This document shows positions 1 to 11,700 of a stretch of DNA of 64,000 nt, piece after piece. The stretch's first letter is position 1, and the number at the start of each line of letters is the position of its first letter. The notes below the pieces were generated by a model that ran no database searches, had not been told where the DNA came from, and saw only the letters and a list, made by a program, of their open reading frames with translations. The DNA is from Lama guanicoe (lineage: Eukaryota): contig MU054338.1 in NCBI GenBank assembly GCA_013239625.1, forward strand, positions 2,420,977 through 2,484,976, given 5' to 3'. Made by a program: the position numbers and the translations under genes.

Positions 1-214
1 TGAGCACCCCTCGTCTGATTTTTCTGATCCCAGCCAGTAAGGCTGTGCCAGGCAGAGTGGGAGGGGCTAGCTGGGGCCTAAGTAGTCAGGGACAGTTCCC
101 TGGGAAGGGAGGGGGCTGGGCGGCGGCATTCCACAGGGCAGGGACACCCTACAGCAAAGGTTTGGCATCTGGACTGGCCAGAGTGCTTGGGAAAGACTGG
201 CTGTTCCCTTTCAG

Positions 215-3200
215 ACTCCCCGAGGCGACGAGGGAGCTCTGACAGCTATGGGGCACCCAGCAGGCAAAGCGTGGAGGACCATGGGTATGTGCTCCAGACA
301 GAAGCCCACCAGCTGAGACTCCCACACCCCAGGCTGCCTTCCCCACCATCATCACCCTGCTTGCTCGCATCGGCATGTCCAGCGGGACGGCCACGTGGGG
401 CTGTTGGACACTGAACCCCAGAGGGGGTGGGGCTTTCCCATCCCTCCTGACATCGCTTCCGCCTCCCCTCGCAGGTACAGCCCTGACTCGCGGGTGATCC
501 GCTTCCTCAAGGGCAGGAACATAGGGCTGCGGCTGGCGGGAGGCAATGATGTGGGCATCTTCGTGTCCGGGGTGCAGGCAGGCAGCCCAGCCGACGGGCA
601 GGGCATTGAGGAGGGAGACGAGATTCTGCAGGTGAGTGGGGTGGCGGGCAGCGGGCCTGCTGGGTGGTACTCGAGTCTGTCACTGCTTGTGTGTCCTCCC
701 CCAGCCCCCCGGGGACTGACAAGACCCCCACAGACATTCTAACATTTTAATGCTTCCCTGCCTCGTTGACTGGGTCATGACTTTGTCCATGTCACTTCCT
801 TGTTGTCAGTGTCATGACCTCGGTGTCCAGCTCACGATCTTTTCCAGGCCACTGCCTTGTTATCAATATCACAGTTTCCCTGTCTGTCACAGCCGAGTTG
901 CCTGTGTCCTGGCCACACTGCCTGTGCCACAGCCTTGGTCCCCATGTCCACCCACCGTCCCTTTCTCTGCTACTTGCACGTCCCGTGTCGGAGTCCTGGG
1001 CTCGTAACTGCCTCCACGATCATCAGTGTCTATGACCCACTGTTTGGGTCTGTATATTGTGTCCCTGTTGCGACCCCATGCCTGTCTTGACTCTTCTGAG
1101 CATCACAAAATTGCCACCAGTGTCCTGATCCTGTCAAAGCTGTGACCCCTGTTCTGGCGTCTCGGTGTTGACAACCCTCGGAGCCTCAGTTATGTGTGTA
1201 CTGATTGCATTTTTCATATCCTGGTTTCTGGGTCAGACCTCCATGTGTGCACACACCCTGGTTGCCAGAGGCAATGCTCCCCGTTCGAAAGCAGCTCTGG
1301 AAGGAGGTGGGGGAGGGGAGGGCTTTGTCCAGAGGAAGAGCTGGGATCTCATGCTCGCCGGGGATGTCCGGAGCCTAGTCCCAGCCCTGCACCCCTTCCC
1401 TCCTTCCTGGCAGGTGAATGGCACGCAGTTCCGGAACCTGACCCGGGAGGAGGCTGTGCAGTTCCTCGTGGAGCTGCCCCCGGGCGAGGAGGTGGAGCTG
1501 GTGACGCAGCGGAAGCAGGACAGTAAGTGTGTGTGTGCATGTGTGCACGAGGCGGGGGCGTGCGGGGCCAGGGGTGAGGGGGGATCCACCGCCAGAACCT
1601 AACGGCGCCTCCTCCGCCCACAGTCTTCCGGAGGATGGTGCAGTCCCGCGTGGGCGATTCCTTCTACATCCGCACGCACTTTGAGATGGAGCCCAGCCCG
1701 CCATCCGGCCTGGGCTTCACCCGTGGAGATGTCTTCCACGTGCTAGACACGCTGTACCCCGGGCCCGGGCAGAGCCAGGCCCGCGGAGGCCACTGGCTGG
1801 CGGTGCGCATGGGTCGTGACCTTCGGGAGAAAGAGCGGGGCATCATTCCCAACCAGAGCAGGTGGGGACCGCCCACTGGAAATGGGCGAGGTGTCACTGA
1901 GCATCCTGGGGCACTCACTCGGGGAGGTGTGCAGGAGGCTCAGGGCAGACCAGCCGGTGCTTGTATGAGTTCCCTGCAGCTGCAGTAACTAATTACCATA
2001 AACCTAGGGACTTCCAGTAAGACATACTTATCATCTCACGTTCTGGGGGTGGGCAGGGCTGGTTCCTTCAAAGGCACCAGGGAGAATCAGGTCCTGCCTT
2101 CTCCAGCTTCTAGAGGTGCTGCATCGCTGGCTCGTGGCCCCTCCCTCCATCCTCACCGCCAGCAGCGCAGCATCCCCCCGTCTCTCGCTGACTCTGACCC
2201 TCCCGCCTCCCTCTGATGAGGACCCTTGTGGTGATACTGAGCCCCCAGGGAATCCAGGGTCACCCCCATCCCAGGGGCCTTAATCCCACCGGCAGAGTCC
2301 CCTTTGTCATGTGAGGTGACATATTCACGGGGCCCAGGACCAGGACAGAGACATCTTTGGGGCTGTGATCCTAGACCCCAGTGCTCACTCAACTCCTTTC
2401 TTCACTCCAGGGCAGAGCAGCTGGCCAGTCTGGAGGCCGCCCAGCGGGCCCTGGGGGCCGGACCCGGCACCTCAGCGAACTCTGGCACCCGGGCCGAGTT
2501 CTGGCGGCTGCGGGGTCTTCGTCGGGGAGCCAGAAAGACCAGCCATCAGAGCCGCGAGGATCTGTCGTCCCTGACCAAGCAGGGCCACTACCCGCCATAT
2601 GAGCGCGTTGTGCTACGAGAAGGTGGGGGGTGGGCCAGAGGGGCCTCAAATAAGAGGACTCAGGAGCCACAATCCTCACCTCTCTCCTTCCACACGAAAT
2701 ACTCACTTTTGGTTACTTTAGGATGAAAATACGCACACAAAACCAGCACATAGTTCCTGTCCCTACCGGAGAACCAGGGCAGAAAAATACAGCTCACCCA
2801 GATTTCAGGAAGGGAAGAGGTTGAGCGCTTGCCCACAGCCTCAGGGGAGAAGGATGAAAGCCGGGGGCAGAGGTCCTTAAAGAAACCGCAGGATGGGAGG
2901 AGCAGGTAGCTCAGGAGGGAGAGGGCCGAGCCGCTCCACAGCTGCTGCTCCAACGTCCAGACGAAAACGACTTAAACATCAAAGGCCTCCTACTCAATTC
3001 CTACCCCAGCCGGTGAAAGTTTAGAAATCTGAATGCATCGCGCTTTTAAGAGAGAGGCCCGGAAGGAGAGAAGAAAAAAAGAACGGTCAGGTGCCAAGAG
3101 CGGGCTGGCTACTCACTTTTCTCCAGCCGAGATGCTATGCGTCTGCTTCCTCACTGGTCAAACGGAGTATCCATGTGGCCAGGGGTCGGCAAACTCTTCC

Positions 3201-6200
3201 TGCAAAGGGCCAGTCACTAAGGATTTTAGGCTTTGCTGGCCAGATGGTGTCCGTCGAAATGACTCAACTCTGCAGGAAGGCAGGAGAGATGGCACATAAA
3301 CAGATGTGACTGGGTGCCAATAAAACTTTATTTACAAAAACAGGCAGGAGCCCGGATGTAGCCAGAGGGTTGTAATGGTGTTTGCCTACCGCTGAGTTAG
3401 CTGGGTTCACCCGGAGAGACAGCTGTATGAACACGAAGTTTTTTTCAAGTAACAGTCCCTGTGTAGGGCAAAAAGAAGGCAAAAAGGGCTCGCACCTTTC
3501 CCTGAAGGATATCACCCAGATCTCGCACATCAGTCTACTTGCATCCCATTGGCCAGGACATAGCCACATGGCTATCCCTAGCTGCAAGGGAAGCTGGGAG
3601 TTGTAGTCTTTAGCTGGGCAGCCGTGGGCCTGGCCAGATAGGATACTACTATGGCGAAAGTGAAGAGGCAGTTGTGCAAGAGGCTAGCAGTCTTTTCCCC
3701 AAAGGAGATCCTGATTCTGGTTATTGTTTCTCTGCCCCGCAGCCAGTTTCAAGCGCCCGGTGGTGATCCTGGGACCCGTGGCGGACATTGCTATGCAGAA
3801 GTTGACTGCTGAGATGCCTGATGAGTTTGAAATTGCAGGTGAGAAACCAGGTCCTGTTCATGGGTGAATTGCTTCGTAACCCTTCCCCAGTCTCTAGGTT
3901 GAAGCAGCCTGATGAGTGGGCTGCTAATGATGCTGTTTAGGAGAAAGAGTTACAGCAGCCATACCAAACATGAGGCAGGTCAGCCACCAGAAGCCCCCTC
4001 CAATGCCTGGGCCAGACATCCTCAATCAATCTTGGCCCTCTTTGTCCAGATAAAGCCTCAGAATCCTTCCTAACACAACTCACCTGGCAGCCACTGCCAA
4101 TTGAGCCAAATGGACAATTGCCAATGATCCATTCATTTGTTCAAGAGATTATCAACCTATACACTCAGCATCAAACAAAATATACAAGGTCCCAAGAAGA
4201 CCAGAAATTAACAACTACAGAAACAATAAGCTAGAGTAGCTGCTGCTGCTGCTGCTGCTGCTGTTAGGAGTTCTCTCGAGGGTCTTGGGGGGCCATGGTG
4301 GGTTCTGGAGCAGGGGTAGGGCAGGAAAACAGGAATTTGAAGGGCCAGCAGACTGCCCTCCTGAAGCTGCCAGCCGCCTCTCCCCTCCACAGAGAGCGTG
4401 TTGAGGACCAACAGCCCCTCCAATAAATTAGAGCAGCAGATTACTGCTCCTGGGCCAAATCTGGCTGTTTTTACTCAGCCTGCTAATTCAGAATGGTTTT
4501 TATTTATTTTAAATGGTTGAGAAGATGTTAAAACAATTTCTTGTGACACCTGAAAAGAATTGAAAGCTGCAACTTGAACAGATCCCTGTACACGAAGGTT
4601 TGTAGCAGCATGATTCCCAGCAGCCAAAAGGTGGACACAACCTGGTGTCCATGGACAGATGATGGATAAGTAAAATGTGGTCCACCCAGACAATGGAATA
4701 TTACTCAGCCTTAAAAAGGAAGGAAATTCCGACACCTGCTGCACCATGGATGGACCTTGAGGACATGATGTCCAGTGAGAGAAACAGACACAGAAGGCCA
4801 CACACTGTCTAATTCCACTCACAGGAGGTCCCTAGAGGAGTCACATCCAGAGACATGAAGTAGATGGTGGGGGCTGGGAGCTGGGGGAGGGAACGGGGAG
4901 TGAGTGTTTAAAGGGAACAGAGTTTCAGTTTGGGAAGATGAGAAAGCTCTTGAGATGGATGGTGGGGAGGGTTGCACAATGTGAATGGACTTAGTGCTAC
5001 TGAGCTGTGCACTTAAAAATGCACATTTTATGTTACACACATTTTACAACAAAGAGAAAAAAGATGAGGTCATGTCCCCCGCCCTTTTAGGCTCCCCCTA
5101 AGGGCAGGGCGTGCCTCACCTTCAGCTGCCAGGCTATCTAGGAGGGCTTCCTGGAGGAAGCAGTGCTGTGTCTCAGGTGCTAGAGGACACAAGGGGTATG
5201 GGAGAGTAACTTCTTCCAGGTCACAGCCCGAGCAAAGGCCCAGAGTTGGGACTGAGCCTGGGAGAGTGAGTGTCTGGAGCACAGACATAAGCCTCCTCAC
5301 AGGGCCTCTCATTGGTTCAGTGACTCTGAGCTAGGGACCTTATGTCCCTGAGGCTCAGTTTCCTTGTCCACCAGATGGGACACTCCTGTTCAGGAGGAGA
5401 AGGTGAGGGCCATGGTCAGGAGGGGACCCAGTGTGATGTCCGGCATGAGGCCAGCAGGAGCTGCTACTGCTGCTGCTGTTAGGAGTTCTCTCAAGGGCCC
5501 TGGGGAGCCATGGTGGGTTCTGGAGCAGGGGTGGGGCAGGAAAACAGGAATTTGAAGGGCCAGCAGACTGCCCTCCTGAAGCTGCCAGCCGCCTCTCCCC
5601 TCCACAGAGAGCGTGTCAAGGACCGACAGCCCCTCTAAGATCATCAAACTGGACACCGTGCGGGTGATTGCAGAGAAAGTAAGCTGGGCTCTGTGTGGGT
5701 CCCATGTCATGGATGCAGAAACAGAGACACTGTGGCCTGGGCTATTACCAAGCCCCACTTCAATATGCTGGCCTGTGGATGTGAAGCCGGGGTCCACTTT
5801 GACCTCAGACTCTTCATCTCTCTGATTCTTCACCTGTGTCTTTGGCTTGTCTCTGATGCTCTGTCTCTGGGTGCATTTTTCTCTCCACTGTCTCTCTGTC
5901 TCCCTCCCCAACTGCCCCCAACGCTGGACTGGCCCAGGACAAGCACGCACTCCTGGATGTGACGCCCTCAGCCATTGAGCGCCTCAACTATGTGCAGTAC
6001 TACCCCATCGTGGTCTTCTGCGTCCCTGAGAGCCGGACAGCCCTCAAGGCACTGCGCCAATGGCTGGCACCTGCCTCCCGCCGCAGTTCCCGCCGCCTCT
6101 ACACACAGGCCCAGAAGCTGCGGAAGCACAGCGACCACCTCTTCACAGGTGGGGCGGGAGCTGGGGGTCTGGGGTGGGTGGTGGGTCCCGGCCCGAGACT

Positions 6201-8334
6201 CCTGGACACACTGATGCCCCCTCCCCACAGCCACCATCCCCCTACTCGGCACGAGTGACACCTGGTACCAAGAGCTCAAGGCTATTATCCGCGAGCAGCA
6301 GACCTGGCCCATCTGGACGGCCGAGGACCAGGTACCTGGGCCAGGATATGAAGTTAGGGCTGGGTCAGGGGTCAGGGACCCGGGGTGTGTCTAAGGCCAA
6401 GATCTGACCTGAGGCTAGGATCTGGACCTGGTTCCTGGGGTGAGATGGGATTGGGGGACTTGGTTTGGGGCTGGAGTCAAGGGTTGGGGTTTAGCTCAGA
6501 CTCAGGGGCTTAGCCTTGAGCAAGGTCAATGGTCATAACTCACTCTGGGGTCAAGGGCTAAGCCTCAACTTAAGGTTGAAGACTGGAGTTTGAAGGATGG
6601 TGTCCTGGGTCAGAGGTTTGGTCTAAGATCAGGGAGGGCCGGGGCTGGGGGTCTTGGCTCAGCCAGGCCACACACTGCACACCCACAGCTGGACAGCTCC
6701 TCGGAGGACAACCTGGACCTCCCTCACCGTGGCCTGGCCGACAGCTCCGCAGATCTGAGCTGTGACAGCCGGGTCAACAGCGACTATGAGACAGATGGCG
6801 AGGGTGGTGTCTACACGGACGGCGAGGGCTACACGGACGGCGAGGGCTACACGGATGGCGAGGGTGGGCCCCACGTGGATGTGGATGAGGGGCCCCCGGT
6901 GCCAGCCCTGGCCCGGTCCTCGGAGCCTGTGCTGGTGGACGAGCCCCAGATCCTGCAGGATCATGGGAGATCCTTGGGTCACCGGAGGACCCAGGTGAGC
7001 AGAGCACTGGGGTGGCCCCGGCAGAGGTCTTGGGACGGGGCAGAGACACAAGGCGGGGCCTATTTTCTGCCAGGATGTCAAGAAACAGACATTTCCCTGA
7101 TCAGATCAGTACCTGGGATCTGGACCTAAGGTGTCTGGACCACTGAGTCACTTAAAGTAAATATTTTAACTTCTGCATGAGTTTCCTTATCTGGGATACA
7201 GGGATTGATGACGAAAGTCCTGGCGTCACAAAGGTGGTTGTGTAAACTCGATGCACTTACTCCAAGTCCTGGCCCACAGAAGTTGGGTGCTTAACAACAG
7301 CAACGATTGACTTAGTGCTTATTCTGTGTGGGGCTCCCGCAGCTCCTGAGGTGCCTTTCTGTGAATCCCTCCAGACTCTAGGGGAATGTAAAAACGCACA
7401 AATGCCGCTGGTGCCTCCGGCAGGACGGCGCTCTGCAGGGCTGTGCAGCACCCAGCCTGCGCACCGTCCACGGCGCCCAGCTTCCAAGGCCGGCTCCGGT
7501 CTGAGCGCTTGGCATACACACACTCATTACTGAGCTCCTGACCACAGCCCTCTGAAGAATGTCACAGATGGGAAACCTAACTCTCCCTTTGGTGACAGGC
7601 TGGGAGATCTCAGCCAAGGCCCTCCCCTGTCCCAGCCTGTTTTCTCCTTGAAAACTGGGGATGAGCTCCAGACTTGTGTGGGGAGAAGGAGGAAGCCTGT
7701 GGGTAGCACTGCCTGGGCGAAGGTGGGGAGGCTGGACAGGGGGTGGTTACTCACCCCAATTTATCATACTTTGAGGGGAAGTGTTAACCTCCTTTTTCTC
7801 TCTCCAAGGTGGGTGGCCGCCATCCACAGGGTCAGTGGCAACAGGACAGCATGCGGTAAGAGTCCCTGTACTCCACGCTGGGGCCTTTCAACCCTCTCCC
7901 TGGAATCCAGGGTTTGGGGGTGGAGAACACACCTAGAACCAAGCTATACCTTCACGGTGCTCGAGCCTAGAGAGATAGAGCCAGACAGAACCGCTCCAAG
8001 GCCCACGTAGTCAGGGCCATGGGAGTATGAATCCTCTTCCTGGGAAGACTGAGAAGGCTTCCTGGAGGAGGGGACATTGGAGCTGGGGTTTTGAAGGGTG
8101 TGTAGGAGTTTGCTGGGTTTGCTCATCTCTGCCCACACCCACTGTGCCTAGCACAGAGTCGAACTCAGTCAATGGCAGGTAAGTCCACATCCCCTCCACC
8201 CCCAGCCTCTATTCTATTTTCTGATCTCCAGGACATATGAGCGAGATGCTCTAAGGAAAAAGTTTACACGAGCCCGAGATGTGGAGTCCTCTGACGAAGA
8301 CAGCGGTGACTGGGGCCCGGCCACTGACGTGTGA
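215..8334 (+). CDS. TJP3: Tight junction protein ZO-3, 5'-partial (PDZ3, SH3, GUK, acidic tail)
   Basis: Exons 215-284, 475-631, 1414-1522, 1624-1861, 2411-2622, 3743-3838, 5608-5678, 5938-6148, 6231-6331, 6689-6994, 7809-7855, 8232-8334. All are AG/GT bounded with consistent phases. Peptides include [15 protein letters not shown] (PDZ3), [11 protein letters not shown] (SH3), [15 protein letters not shown] and [25 protein letters not shown] (GUK); ends DWGPATDV*. Confidence 0.96.
1962..2380. mobile_element. MaLR solo LTR (MLT1-like)
   Basis: Blocks GCAGGGCTGGTTCCTTC, TCTCCAGCTTCTAGAGG, GGACCCTTGTG and TGTGAGGTGACATATTCAC resemble the MLT1 consensus as recalled. Confidence 0.7.
3179..3395. 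mobile_element. MER58-like hAT-Charlie DNA transposon
   Basis: CAGGGGTCGGCAAAC terminus and internal CCAATAAAACTTTATTTACAAAAACAGGC. Confidence 0.75.
4238..4420 (+). repeat. Dispersed duplicate of 5459-5635 (TJP3 acceptor + first 28 nt of exon)
   Basis: By eye, 8 mismatches in ~157 nt after the (GCT)n tract. Confidence 0.93.
4560..5050 (+). mobile_element. L1M-type LINE 3' fragment
   Basis: AAAATGTGGTCC...CAATGGAATATTACTCAGCCTTAAAAAGGAAGGAAATT and GAGTTTCAGTTTGGGAAGATGA, typical of L1MB-like 3' ends. Confidence 0.8.
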
Positions 8335-8435
8335 CCCCTCCAGGTGGCCAGCGGGCCTGACCTCCCTTTTCCTCCCTGGAGCCCACGCTCAGTTTCCCAC
8401 ACGGAATCTAGGAACTTGCCTCCCTCCGCCTGGTC

Positions 8436-8444
8436 TTTAATAAA
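8436..8444. terminator. Overlapping poly(A) signals: AATAAA (+, TJP3) and ATTAAA (-, APBA3)
   Basis: TTTAATAAA: AATAAA at 8439-8444 is ~105 nt after the TJP3 stop; TTTAAT at 8436-8441 reads ATTAAA on the minus strand. Confidence 0.7.
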
Positions 8445-8704
8445 CAGTATTTTCACAGCACTGCATTCTGGTGACTTCCAGGGATGAGGGGCCAGAGTCA
8501 GGCGCTGTCTTTCCTCTCTCGACCCCACAGGCCCTGATCCGAAACCTTGCCCATTTGATAAGCTTTTAATTTTTTCCATCAGAAAATAATATAGAATATA
8601 GAACCAGGAAACCTTTGGGGCCCTGGTCAGCCGAGGAGGGTCCGTGGATGGAGTTCCAGGCCTGGTGGGGGCTAAGGCACAGTGGTGGGGGTGTAGGTGG
8701 CGGA

Positions 8705-11700
8705 TCACAGGTACACGGGCTGCTCCTGGCCTGTGAGCAGGAGGTAGGTGGCGGCTGGCATGGTCTTGATGTGGACCTGGGGGCAGAGAGGAGGCAGCGG
8801 CTGGGGGGGGCTCCTCCCATCAGGCCCCGCCCACCCAGGGCCCGCCCCCCACCCACCGCCTCGAACCTCAATGTGGGCCTCGGTGAGAAGCTCGATGATG
8901 CGGGCGTGCGGCGTGGCCACCACACTCTGCCCGTTGATCTCAATGATGCGGTGCCCCACGCGGACACCCCCGCGCTCGGCGATACCGCCTCGGAGGAGAC
9001 TGCAGATCTGGGGGAACAGGAAGGGCCACAAAGCTCAGGGGGGCCACAATCGGGGCTGCCCGCCCCCACGTGGTCCCCGGGCTTGGGGCTCACGATGCCA
9101 TCCTCCACGCAGAAGCCCAGCTGCTCGCGGACGTGGGGTCGGCGGATGATGGCCGTGGTGACCGGTGGGCAGTGGACGATACTGAGGGTCACCAGCGTCT
9201 GCGACTTCACTTCCTGTGCAGGTCGGGGGCTGTTGGCTTGGCTGGGCCTCCGGGCAGGGGGCTGCCAGACTTCTTGCTGAGCTGCAGCCCACCCTGGGCC
9301 TCGGTTTACCCACCCATAAAACAGAAGCTGTAGAGTCTAGAAGACCCCTCGAGAGTCGGTTAAGAACAGAGACCAGAGCCGGGCAGCCTCACCTCCCTGC
9401 CTCCCTGGGCCTACTTTCTCAAGGTCAAAAGCAAGGTTCTAGCGATGCCCATGGGGCAGGGTTACAAACACTCAGCAATGGGCTGCAGGGACCACATCAG
9501 ACCTGCCCTTCCGGCCTGGCCAGGTCCCTCCTCATCTCTGGGCCTCAGTTTCCCCATCTGGGCAATACAGTCAAGACTCAAGAACACGCTCGCTGCGTGG
9601 TAGCAAGAGAGGAAAGGCCTGCCGAGTTCCAGTCTTGCTCCCGCACCAGTGGGGTCTCCCTGAACAGCGACTTCCCCTCTCGGAGCCTCAATTTCCTTAA
9701 GTGCACAGGAGCGAGCAGGACTAGAAGCTCTACCTGTCCCTTCGGGACAGGGCCTCAGAGACCTGGCCAGGGAAGGGACCTCTGGGGACACAGGCCTGCC
9801 CTCTGGGGGGCCCTCGCAGGCCCTGTGCCCCTGCCAGCCCGGAGGACTCACGCGGACGGCGGCCTGGCAGGCAGCCAGGGGCAGCCCTACCAGGCTGGTC
9901 CCATTGACGGCGGTGATGCGGTCCCCGATGCTGAGGGCCCCCGAGCGCTCGGCGGGGCCCCCGTGCAGCAGGTTGGCAATGACGGCCGTGGGCAGCAAGG
10001 AGCCCCAGCCTGACTCCACCAGGGCCACGCCCAGAGCCTCGCCCCTTCGTTTCTCGATGCAAACCTGGTGGGGAGGGCAGGGATTGAGGGCAGCTGGGAG
10101 GGGACAGGGGTGGGTGGGAAGGAGCTGGGGCAGGGCTGAGGGCCCCTTGGCGGGCCCAGGTCGGGGGATCTGCTGGCTCACCTCCCTGCAGTTTTCGCTG
10201 TTGGAGAAGTGGTCGAGGTCCCCATTGTGGAGGTGGCCAGGGCCTGTGGCCCCCTGACACTGCCGGGTGCCCACCTGGCTGGGGTCCACCCCGCTTTCCT
10301 GCAGGAACTGGCTGTAGGCCATAGCGAAGGCCTGGCCAATGGCCTGAGCGATGAGCTGGGCCTGTGGGGAGGGGTGTGGCACCTCTCTGGGCGGCCCACC
10401 CACCTCCTTCAGGCCCCCCTAATCTGACACCCCCAGAGCCCACCCTCCCACCCCCAAGCTGAGAATCTACGGGGGGAGGGGAAGGGAGACAGGCCTGGGC
10501 GGGGAGGTCTTTGGGAGTTGGCCACCAGTCTCAGGGTCTTATGGGAAGGTTTGGAATATATGGCTCAGGGTCCTCTCGGAGGGGACGGCGGAAGGATGCT
10601 GGGGTGATAGGTGTGGCTCTGGAGGAGGGCAGGGGCTGGCCCGCATCCCCCTCAGCCCCAGGACAACCGGAGCCCCCTGCTCACGTCCTCAGAGTGGAAC
10701 ACATGGCAGATCATCTTGTAGAGCCGGCGGCCGTGGGCCTGGGGTGCGGGCCGCTGGGCCAGCCGCCGCCGGGCCATGAGCACCAGCACGCTGCCGATGT
10801 CGGCGATGTAGGAGATAGTCTGCAGGGCGTGGTCCATCAGGGCCTCCTGGAGCAGGTGGGGGAGACCAGGCTGGGCTGCGGGGACCTCGCTCAGTCCCAC
10901 CTTGGGGGAGCCCTCACACCCCAGGGGCCAGGCCCGCCCCATACCTGGGAGTCGGCCATCAGAACCTTGACTCTCTTGGTGGAGATGAAGAGGTCCACCT
11001 CTGTCATGGGCTGAGTTTCCCCGTCTGGAGCCTGTAGTGGGTGGGGTGGGAGGTGGAGGCCCCCAAAGACCCAGCTTTTACCCCACCAGGCTCTGGGGGC
11101 CTCAGAAGACCTGGGCCTGCGGCCCATCTGCCTGCTCGCCCACCCGCCCGCCTGGCTTCACCTTGACACGGTCCATAGCCTCCTGGGCCTGTGCCATGCG
11201 CGTGCTGGGGGGCGGGTTCCGCTCGGACACCAGCTGGGTGGAGCCCAGGTATTTGGCCCCGAATATGACACCGTCTAAGAGGTCTTCGTGGTCACAGGGG
11301 CCAGAAACTGAGGGCGACAGCAGAGGCAGGTCAGTCCCCTAGAACTACGAGGCTCGTCCACCGGCTGTGGGCTCTGCCCAGGGTCTTGGCTCCCGAAATG
11401 GGCTGGAAGCATAGAGAGTTCCACCCTGCAGCTCAGCACTCTGGGCTGCACAGGTCCTCCCACTGTTCCAGAACCACGGACCAGTGACTCAGCCCTCACA
11501 GAGTGGAGCCCTCGTTGGTCTAGAGTTGGCCCTGCCCATGGCTTGGGGTCTCCTAGGCAGAGGGCACTGTTTCAGGACCCCGCTGTGTGTCCAGAGCCAT
11601 GGCCAGATCCAAAAATAGCTCTAGTGCTTCCAGACCCCTCCACCCTGTGTTTCTAGAATTCCAGGATCAGGCTAGAGCCAGACAGTCCCAGTCCCATATC

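Noticed and set aside
6340..6660. GGGGT/GGGTCA-rich intronic stretch (similar degenerate tracts at 740-1200, 14640-14930, 31080-31570)
   Set aside because: Low-complexity degenerate sequence with no fixed period or supportable function.
8615..10013. Long + strand ORFs (221 and 265 aa)
   Set aside because: Antisense shadows of GC-rich APBA3 exons; no recognisable domain.
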